A DNA stretch of 20,000 nt, taken from assembly GCF_000281045.1 (NCBI RefSeq), contig NW_008246077.1, positions 175,186 through 195,185 on the forward strand, read 5' to 3'. A program made the position numbers and the translations under genes. Numbering within the stretch: position 1 is the stretch's first letter; each line of letters opens with the position of its first letter. The notes under the pieces were generated by a model. It was not told the DNA's origin. It did no database searches and saw nothing but the letters and a program-made list of their open reading frames with translations. Origin of the DNA: Saprolegnia diclina VS20 (Eukaryota). Below are positions 11,361-20,000 of this stretch, one piece after another.

Positions 11361-13087
11361 TCACAAGTCGGTGCTGCAGAGCTCGTCGACAAAGTCGTTG
11401 GACAAAATATGGTGCGGGTCCCACTCGTTGCGCAGTGCGCGGTACGCGTGCAGCGGGAAGCGGCTGCGGAGTCGGTCCTTGAGAACATGGCGCTCCAACA
11501 CGCTGCGGGGCGCAAACTCGAGCTTGGCCCAGTGCTCAGTCGCACCGTACGGCGCCATGACGTCTTCAAAGACCTTGGAGTAGTCGACGAACGCGTCCTT
11601 GATCGCGTCGAGCGACGGCGACGCTTCGTGCAGATAGTAGATGATGCCGACCCACGAAAACACTTGGTTGTGCAGCGGCGACGACGCCGGGCTCATGACC
11701 GCACGGCTGCTCGCGGTCCAGCGCTGCTCGATGGGCGTGTGCGCAGGAATCTGGTCGCGCTCGATGCGGGCGAGGAGGTCTTCCATGAACGTCAGGTCCG
11801 ACCCGTCCGCGGACGGAAACGCGACTTCCGACACAAGCTGCTGGCCGCCGCAGTCAAAGCCAATGACATCGTCGGAGAGCGCGACGCGCGATCCCTGGCT
11901 CTTTTCCCAAAAGCTCACTTCGGTCTCATTCACGCGCGCAATGTACCGGGCGTTGAGCGGGTCGAGCGCGTACAGCGAGTCGCGGAGCTGGGTGAAGCGC
12001 CAGTTGACGTGGTCCGGGTCCGGCACGGTCGCGACTTGCTTGTACAACGCCCGGAGCTCTTCGAGACGGTACTCGACATCGTCCGAGACGGGCGAGCCAA
12101 CATGCGACCCTTCCGTGTACGGCTTGCACGTGACGACGACGACCTTGTCTGTGTACGGCAGCCACATGTAGCGCAAATGCTGGTTCTCGACGAGCAGCGA
12201 CGCGTGCACCTTCTTGAGCTCCGAGAGCGAGTACAAGGTCGTCGTCTCGAGGAGCTTGTGCATCGGCACGCACTGCAACGTGAGCTTGGTTACGACGCCG
12301 AGGCCACCGAGACCGCACTTGGCGAGCTGGAAGCGCGGGTCCGACGGGTCGTCGAGCGTCAAAAGGCCTTGCGACGGCGTCAGAATCTCCATCGACACGA
12401 TCTGCTCTTCCATGGGCGGGATGGCGGCGCCCGTGCCGTGGCACCCAGCCTGCGTGACGCCCGCTATGCTCTGCTCGCGAATCGACGCGACGTTTTTGAG
12501 CGTAAGCCCGTGGGTGCTATATAGGTTCAGTACTAAGGACACGCGCGCAGTGCAAGGAGAACGTACCGCAAGTGCGAGAGCAGGTCGCCGACGACTACGC
12601 CACTTTCGATCGTCACTTGCTTCTTCGCGGTGTCAACGTGCAAAATACGGTCAAACGCGCTCATGGTGAGGATTGAGGCGTCCGAGAAGCCAAGACCGTT
12701 CGGACTGACGCCCGAGCCCATGCAGCGCAGCTTTTTCTGCTGCGCATGGTGCGCCGCGACTACGACCATGCATCATGATGACCTTTCGCCTCGTCAATGG
12801 CTCAATGTACCAATGTCGATAAGCTCCTTGAGCGACTCGGGGTGGTAGACCTTGGTGGGGTGGCACGAGTGCGTCGCCGACCAATTGGTGAAGACCGCGT
12901 CGTCGCTCTCGAGGGAGGTGACTGCCATCGCCGACCCCAGCAGGCCGGCAGCACCGCCGAGGCCAAGCGCCAAGGCGCGGCCCATCGTCATGCTTGGGCG
13001 AGCAGGTCGCTTGGTGAGCGGCGTCGCGTTGGTGCCATGGAGGCGGCGCAGGAGGCGCTGGGCGAGCTTGGCGCGGGAGGTGAACAT
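11361..13087 (-). CDS. GLDH: Mitochondrial L-galactono-1,4-lactone dehydrogenase (aldonolactone oxidoreductase); exons 13087-12811, 12759-12567, 12516-11361
   Basis: Arg-rich, acid-free presequence followed by a hydrophobic segment. Motifs: NWSATH, GSGVSPNGLG, LKNVASIREQ, GCHGTGA, GLGGLGVV, GFDCGGQQ, PIEQRWT, FSWVGIIYYL, HWAK. Introns of 51 and 50 nt restore the frame. Confidence 0.92.
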
Positions 13088-14116
13088 CCAGGTCCTTCTT
13101 TCTCGGTGAGTGCTCGAAGATTGCGGTCACCATGAAAAAACCTGTCTTTTCAAATACACCAGCCGGTCGTGCCAAATATGCAATATGCGAGGTTTCAAAT
13201 ATCCCAAGAGAGTCTCAATCCGAGGCCAGTCAAGGGTCTAGTGCTGATAGGTGCCCCAAGCTACTTACTTTGGCTACTCGGCGTGGAGCTTGCCTTTGCG
13301 CCGGGTATCTGCACTGGAGTATACATCGTCGCTTGCGTACAACCAAGCAAGTGTATGTCGAAACGGAAAGTTCAGCCAACCACTCTGGCGACGGACGAGG
13401 CGAGCTTGCCACCTCGAGTGACTCATACCATCTAATTAATGCAGTAATACCAACAGAGCAGCACGCAATCCTACGATGTAAGGGGGAGCTGCATCCTCCG
13501 ACAACGAACACGACGAACGCTTCTGCATCTGCGCCGTTCTTTCGAGACGTCTCGCAGCCGGGTTCGATCTCGCCGTCCGCTTTCCGGCGAGGTGCCCCTT
13601 GTGCGGTACTAATGGTGATCTCACCAGTGCCGTGTTGACATTGCCTGTACCATTTGTGAGATAAGCGAGGTCGCCGCTTCGTAGTACCAATCAGCCGTGC
13701 CGATCCTATCTCGGCGCCGCCGCCCGTAATGGGCTACTCCTAACAACCTCGAATGTTGTGCTCAATTACTCGCATGTGTGCTCCACGTCGGTTTTCGCGC
13801 GATTCATCACGTCCTTGTGACTTGAGTGATTTGTGCTGCAGCAGCGGCGTCTTATCGACTGGTCGGTGGGATGAGGGCCATGTTGCATTGGGTTGCTGGC
13901 GCCAAGGTGGTTTCGCGGACGACCACAACTATCATGGCCGCGGTGCAAGCGCATACAAAGAGCGAGTGAGAAGAGGCAGTAATGGCGTGGCTGGCCGGGA
14001 GAGAAGCTCGATTTGGTCAAGTCTTGCATACAAACTCCAAGAGAGCGCCTGGCGGGTGCAAAGAACCAAGCCCCGCCGTGTGAGTAATTGGTCGTGTTCA
14101 TGGACATTGGCCGATG

Positions 14117-14132
14117 CCATTTCGCAAGTTGC
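14117..14132 (+). promoter_or_regulatory. Probable oomycete INR+FPR core promoter
   Basis: CCATTTCGCAAGTTGC, with reverse CCAAT boxes (ATTGG) just upstream. This suggests ATG 14153, not 14114, is the real start. Confidence 0.5.
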
Positions 14133-14152
14133 TCCCGACTCGAGACAGCAAG

Positions 14153-14461
14153 ATGCGTGCCCGGTCCAAGTCGGTCGCGAGCATGGCCGAGTACTTTGAC
14201 GACGACGACGACGTGCGCTCGTCCTGCAGCAGCGCGCGCTCGAGCACGATGCGCCTCACCTTGGTCGAAGACCTCCTCCTCGAGGACGACGAGAACGACG
14301 ACGACGTGCCACGCGTCCGCCGGTGCAGCCACGGCAAGCGCATTAGCTTTGACGACGACGTCAAGATCGAGACGATCCCGAGCCGCGACTCGCTCGACGA
14401 AGCCACCAAGAAGACGCTGTGGTACACACACGACGAGTTCCTCCGAATGCAGGAGGGCTAA
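14153..14461 (+). CDS. Small acidic protein (102 aa) with an RVxF-type motif; candidate PP1 regulator
   Basis: MRARSKSVASMAEYFDDDDD...GKRISFDDDVKIETIPSRDSLDEATKKTLWYTHDEFLRMQEG, with strongly GC-rich third codon positions. Confidence 0.75.
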   Translation: MRARSKSVASMAEYFDDDDDVRSSCSSARSSTMRLTLVEDLLLEDDENDDDVPRVRRCSHGKRISFDDDVKIETIPSRDSLDEATKKTLWYTHDEFLRMQEG

Positions 14462-14768
14462 CACGACATCGAGAAGATGACGAGGCAACGACGAAGCGAG
14501 AGCCGTTGCCGCAGTTAGGGACTAGTAGTATATATCGAGCAGGTTTATTTATTACCATGAATACCAGTACACGACGACGACGACGCCGAATAGCAGGCGT
14601 CGGTCGACCGTTCCTCTACCTCTGTCTTGGTGTTGTCGGCTCTTGGTCACCAACTCAAAGCGGTCGAGATGGCGCCGGGTTGTCACCCCGGCGGCTGTCA
14701 CTACCAGTCTCGGTACCGGGTCTAGCGGCATGGTGTCGTTGGGAAGAGAGGGAAGAGATGGCTTGTCG

Positions 14769-15357
14769 TTACCCCGAGGGCGTGGTCAGCGCACGCGGTG
14801 GACGGGCCGGGTCGTCAGCGGCCCTGCAATTCGAACACGTCGACAACGCACAGCCCTCTAGAGCCGGACCGATCAGATGGGCGTTCGTATACGGTACACA
14901 ACGGACGGGCGGCCGTCGCGCGCGTGAGCTCAGCGTCCTCCAATTCGAACGGGCAGAGCGAGGGAAGCATGGCCACGAGCCGCTCGATCGGCTTGTTGCG
15001 CCGCGCCGGTGTCGGGTCGCACCGACAGAGCGGGCAGCGCCTCGACTGGCGCGTCAGACACGCCTGTGTCGCCATACATGAGTCACGGGCGCGATTACTC
15101 GTCGTCACCTGGAGGCACGACTCGCAAAACACTTGGGCGCACGCGTTGCACTCGACGACGGCGCCTGCAAACGTGTCGAGACACACGGGGCACTGGAGGA
15201 GGCGACGCGCCGCGCGAATCTGCCGCTTGGCGTCCATGGCCTCGTCATCGTCGTCGTCGTTGTTTGTGCTGCGCTTGGTGCCACGCTTGGTCGGCGCGTC
15301 ATCCGGCGGCGGCGGATTGCGCTCGGTCGGATGCGCGTCGCTACCGGCGGTCGTCAT
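14769..15357 (-). CDS. RING-finger protein (putative E3 ligase); 3' end uncertain (14769 or 14815)
   Basis: LQCPVC...ECNACAQVFCESCLQ|ACL...RCPLCR...RNKPIERLV..L...CPF. Removing the in-frame 45-nt intron 15108-15064 gives typical RING spacing. Confidence 0.8.
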
Positions 15358-15956
15358 GCGTGCGTGTCAACGTCAAAGAGAAAGAAGATTGTTGTTGTTC
15401 CAAGAGACGCGAGACGACGTCGTTCTGCCAGCTGGAAGAAATCGGTGTTTTCTTTCGCCTCTCAGCCCGTAGAGCTCAGAGCTTAGTGCGAACGAGCGCC
15501 CAGAGCTGGTGCCATCGCCGCCAGCGTCGTGGTCCACGCGCACGCACGTGGATGGCGCGTGTGTATCGGTGCTAGTACCGTACGAGTGGTCGCCGTCGAC
15601 AGCAACAGCGCGACGCAGCCGTCATCACGCTACGAACGCTCGTCGTACGTGGTTGCGCTGCCATCGTCATCATAAATAGCTCGATGCTGCAGCTCGACTT
15701 TCTAGTATAAAGGCATATAAAGGTCCAATGTGCCGTATCTAGACACGGAGAGTCTCAATAACAAAAACAAAACATGCGCAGCGTTGAACGCTCGTTGAAT
15801 GTGCTGACAAATGTGGTATTTCCCAGCACCAAATAACTCTACGGTCGAGCGGTTTTGAACTTCGCGCGTCTTTTTGCTTTTGCGAATATTGACAATCGAA
15901 GAATCAAAAAATGAAATAGGCTATAGAACGACATACACCATTTCTTTTGCAAGTTC

Positions 15957-18804
15957 TTACAACGCAGTCTGAATGTGCTGGCGAATTACGTGTGCGATCT
16001 GTATCGCAGTCGGGCGACTCTCGGGTGATGTAGCGATGCACGCTTTGCCCAAGTCCAGCACCCAGGACGGCGTGCTCGTTCCAAACGTTGGTGCAGTCGA
16101 CCCGCTCATGACACGCGACATAATCGCCGTATCCCCGAGCCGTTGGCCTACAACATATATACCAAGATAAACTAAGATCCGGTGCGATAGTACAACAGTA
16201 CCTTTCTCGTTGCAAAGATCGTAGTATGGAATCTCGTGCGTGCTGAGCTCTGAGAGCACCACCCCGAACGAGTAGACGTCGGCCGCCGTCGAGTAGTAGC
16301 AGTCGTGGAGGACCTCCGGGGCCTACACATTGTTCATTTCTTAGTTCATAGTTGGTTGTAAAGAATCATAGAAAGCGCGAGATACCATCCAGCGAAATGT
16401 ACCGACACCGATCGTCATGGTCTCGGTCGACATCTCTCGGGACGTGCCAAAGTCGGTGAGTTTCGTACCCTAACCCCAATTTGTAAACCAACCAGGAAGA
16501 CAATGTTGCACCTTGGTCGAGTCCAGAAGGATGTTGCGGGACTTGAGATCGCGGTGAAGAATGTTCATCGAGTGCAAGTAGACAAGCCCTTCGACAATCG
16601 AGAGCATGCATTCGATCTTCTCGTCCCACGAAAAGCTGGCGGACGCTTCGTTCGGAGTGGAGGGTGCTGTCTTGTAGAGGACGGAGCGGAGGTCGCCTCG
16701 ATCCATCCACTCAAGGACCATCTGCAAGTCGGACGGAATCCGCCAGCTCGCACCGAGCAGCTGGACAATGTATGGACTTTGCATGCTACGTGATTTCTTG
16801 AGCGTGCCTTTGAGTAGAAAACGTGACAGTACGTGGACGCCAAGAGAATCTCATTGGCGAGGTTGGCGACTGCGACGCGGGATGCTTTGCCTGGCAGCAG
16901 TCCCTTGATGGCCACCGNNNNNNNNNNNNNNNNNNNNNNNNNNNNNNNNNNNNNNNNNNNNNNNNNNNNNNNNNNNNNNNNNNNNNNNNNNNNNNNNNNN
17001 NNNNNNNNNNNNNNNNNNNNNNNNNNNNNNNNNNNNNNNNNNNNNNNNNNNNNNNNNNNNNNNNNNNNNNNNNNNNNNNNNNNNNNNNNNNNNNNNNNNN
17101 NNNNNNNNNNNNNNNNNNNNNNNNNNNNNNNNNNNNNNNNNNNNNNNNNNNNNNNNNNNNNNNNNNNNNNNNNNNNNNNNNNNNNNNNNNNNNNNNNNNN
17201 NNNNNNNNNNNNACGTTGCTTGAAGTAGGCAAAGCCAAGACCACCGAGAAGCAAGATGGTCGCAAGTACGATGCCACCAATGGCCGTGCCACTGACGCCC
17301 GCGGATGGGTTTGGTGGTGCCGGTGTCGATGTTGACCGAGGAGTGCTTGCAGGGGTTACAGTGGGTGGTCGAGTCATTGGCAGCATCGACTCTATGGACG
17401 TACACATGAGCGCATCTAAAAGCGCGAAGACCGTACCGGGTGTGACGCAGATAGTGACCGGAGTTTTTTTGTTCGAACCTCCTAGAGTAGCTAGAACTTG
17501 CTGCCGGGTGTTGGGCAGGTTGCAAGATGACGGCGTGGTAACATTATCCGTAGCTACCAAACGTAGGCCCGAGTGGGCTTGAAGCGCTTGATAGGTTGCT
17601 GGATCAACCGTAAATGTTGTGATCTCGGTACCCTCAAGGATCCTACATAATGCACATGAGTACGCTCCTCGAAGCGCACAGGCAGCTAAGTCGTAGCGAC
17701 AGACACTTCTTGAATGTTATTCCCAAGCGAGACGTTGTAGACCTTGGTGATGGGGTTGAATAGAAACGATCTACGTCGTATCATCAATAAGAGCAGCGTA
17801 GGTTGGGAGCGAGTGAAAATGTTGAAATAGCGTACACGCCCGTCGTCATGCGCAGATCGAGGTCTTGAAGTGTCTCAATGTTGTTGCTGTCCAAGTTCCT
17901 AGCATTATCATGTTTGTTGTGTGCCAAATGTAAGGAGAAGAAATGGATGCGAACAAGGTGGCGAGGCTGGTGAGTCCCGAGATGTCGGGTACGGAGCGCA
18001 AGTTGGCACCTGTGATGCTTCTACAAGGTGCAAGTCTGTAGTAATTGGTGGATTTGACAGACCGCAACGCACAGGGACCGCAAGTTGGGGGGCCAGACGA
18101 CGCCTGACGTATACAACGCATTCTTGTTGCCAATAATCGAGCTACGCAAATCGGATCGCGTGAGTCCGTCGCGTCACATGTGGGTCATGCCGCACAAGCT
18201 GGTCACGTTCGTCGCTTGCGAAAAGTCGCCGAGTGATCGCACCGCCGCATTCCCAAAAATGCCACAGTCGACAAAACGTTTCACTTCGCAGAACCTTCCG
18301 CGCTGTCGTACACGGAGAGCTCGGGGCCCTTGGATAGAGGTAGATCGGCCACGTGCTCGACGGGGATATCTAAGTCATGCAATAACGATCCGTGCAAGGC
18401 GGGAGTGCAGTGTACCTTGTATCTTGAGAGTTATCGCTAGTTTTCCCCACGAGACTACCTCGTTGAAGGAATCACTGAGCGGCAGATCATCTTGCACTTG
18501 AAAATCGACCGCCGTGTACTCTTTGGTGATCTACGATGCACTTGGCGTTTGTGCTTGGACGAAATAACGACTTGAAGACGTCGTTCTTTACCTTGCAGTT
18601 GTTATCGAGAATGCAGTAGAGGGCATTAACTTTGCTTGGCCTGCCGCAAACCTTCGTCGCCGTTGACGTATAGACATTAAAAGGGCACGGGGAGGCCCAC
18701 GACCGCGCTACCCGGAGCAACTAGAGGCACGTTGGTCGTTGCTTTGTCAAAACCGACGCACGTACTTGGAGAAAGGCGACGAATAGATGCAGGCATTGCG
18801 CCAT
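15957..18804 (-). CDS. LRR receptor-like TKL protein kinase (signal peptide, Cys N-cap, LRRs, Ser/Thr/Pro stalk, TM, kinase); multi-exon, spans an assembly gap
   Basis: Signal peptide MAQCLHLFVAFLQ|LLRVARSWA and TM IGGIVLATILLLGGLGFAYF. Kinase motifs: VAIK, YIVQLLGASW, MVLEWMDRGDL, HRDLKSRNILL, TDFG, GVGTFRWM|APE, DVYSFGVVLSEL, RPTA. Exon structure at 18200-18560 is uncertain. Confidence 0.88.
16918..17212. other. Assembly gap (295 N)
   Basis: Run of N between the TM segment and VAIK, hiding the juxtamembrane region and the Gly-rich loop. Confidence 1.
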
Positions 18805-18816
18805 CAGTCTCGCGGT

Positions 18817-18832
18817 TGAAATTGGTGAGTGA
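18817..18832 (-). promoter_or_regulatory. Possible INR+FPR core promoter of the LRR kinase
   Basis: The minus strand reads TCACTCACCAATTTCA just upstream of ATG 18804; imperfect match to the consensus. Confidence 0.4.
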
Positions 18833-19113
18833 CAAAGTTGCGCCAAAAACAGTCTTGAACAGCTGTCGCCAACAACCCAGACCATTTTTCTCAAAACTTG
18901 CTCACTGCAGTTGCGGCGCGACTGTGCGCGTCGTGGAGTACGACACCGTCAGTATTTGCGTCCTACAGTATTGAAATAATGACAGTGTGCATGTGTCCAA
19001 TAATGAGCGGGAAACGAGCTGCATGGTGCCGTCGCAAAGAAAACGAGTGATTTCTTTGCACACTTGTGCAGAGATGCTACATTTCACACACCAGGTCCCT
19101 GTTTTGTACAACA

Positions 19114-19280
19114 ACCAAAGTCCGTCTTCGTAACCCCAGTATGTATAGCTCATCCAATCATTAACATACTAGTAGGAACATAGAGTGCTGTACCTGGGTC
19201 AAGTCGAAGAGGATGGTGCGGGACTTGATGTCGCGGTGGACAAGTAAGACCCTCGACAATGGGTAGTGTGCTGTGCTCCG
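19114..19280 (-). pseudogene. Degraded TKL kinase fragment (subdomains VI-VII)
   Basis: The minus strand gives IVEGL, then a deletion with frameshift, then VHRDIKSRTILFDLTQ|GTAC (same intron position as DSTK|GT in the intact gene), then GGGGTTACGAAGACGGACTTTGGT = TK-TDFG. Confidence 0.8.
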
Positions 19281-19895
19281 AGATAGCTAGCAAACTTCAA
19301 CATGATCCAACAAGAAACACGACAATAGTATGGGCATTTGTAGGGAAGTGGACTCCAGCCACGCCCTGCCCGTTGTCAGTAGACTGAGTCCTAGAGGCTC
19401 ACTTCAGCATTCGCTTTGTATCCAACACGCTTGGCTAATTGAGGATTAGCCGCCTCCTACTAGATCCAGAATATTCCGCCGTGGGGTTGGCTATGGAACA
19501 TTTGGTATGAAGATCCCAGAAGGATCTTCAACGACATGATCTATCTCAAGGCTTTGGATACAGCCTAGGCTCCCAGAACCTGAGCTGCGCAGATGGGTTT
19601 GTCATGCAGTCATGTAACTATAATAGCATGATATCCCAGATATACCACAGGTAGCTTGAGTTAGTTGGTGCATGTTGACGCCGACGGCAGCATTTCGTCG
19701 CTCGGAGATGACTCGTTCAGGCTCAGCTTGCACACGACGGTCAGCGTCGGCGAGTGCTTGGTGACTGAAGGATTTGTCGGAGCCCGCGATGGTGGGACCA
19801 CGGTGCGACGTTATGCTAGATCCCTTTCAACGGTGTCTGTCGTTGGCAAGGTCGTAGCATGGGAGGACATACACTATTCGTGTTTCAAGGTCTTA

Positions 19896-20000
19896 CTACA
19901 ACGTGGTCTGAATGTGCTGGCGAATTACGTGTGCGATCTGTATCGCAGTCGGGCGACTCTCGGGTGATGTAGCGATGCACGCTTTGCCCAAGTCCAGCAC
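19896..20000 (-). CDS. 3' end of a tandem paralogous TKL kinase (continues beyond the window)
   Basis: VLDLGKACIATSPESRPTAIQIAHVIRQHIQTTL followed by TAG TAA. Bases 19906-20000 are identical to 15967-16061. Confidence 0.85.
   Translation of the reverse strand: MLDLGKACIATSPESRPTAIQIAHVIRQHIQTTL

Noticed and set aside
13130..14100. ORFs in the region between GLDH and the small RVxF gene
   Set aside because: No recognisable domain, terminal repeats or RNA gene structure; treated as intergenic.
14114..14152. Upstream ATG giving a 115-aa version of the small protein
   Set aside because: It sits directly upstream of the INR+FPR-like element, so it probably lies before the transcription start.
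18087..18092. Suspected frameshift in the G/C homopolymer of an LRR exon
   Set aside because: Six bases give WPPNLRSL in frame, so the exon is intact.

Overview
Gene-dense, GC-rich eukaryotic DNA with many very short (41-65 nt) GT-AG introns and oomycete-type INR+FPR core promoters. By inference it is most likely a Saprolegniales oomycete (Saprolegnia/Achlya-like). Manual splicing gives, in order: an unknown gene running off the left edge (-); a possible small secreted gene (+); a 13-exon KDM4/JMJD2-type JmjN-JmjC histone demethylase with PHD, AT-hook-like and Tudor-like modules (+); a Cys-rich single-pass membrane protein (+); the SNF1/AMPK alpha catalytic subunit (-); an F-box-like/LRR protein (-); a cofactor-dependent phosphoglycerate mutase (+); a mitochondrial plant-type L-galactono-1,4-lactone dehydrogenase (-); a small acidic RVxF-motif protein (+); a RING protein (-); and a tandem cluster of LRR receptor-like TKL kinases (-). 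The cluster has one near-complete gene interrupted by a 295-N gap, degraded kinase relics, and the 3' end of a near-identical paralog at the right edge. The most interesting items are the one-LRR-per-exon, phase 2-2 modular receptor kinase in a birth-and-death array, the putative PP1-regulatory microprotein, and the vitamin-C-type GLDH in a presumed non-photosynthetic organism. I found no unambiguous entirely new system. All family assignments come from motif recognition, not database searches.
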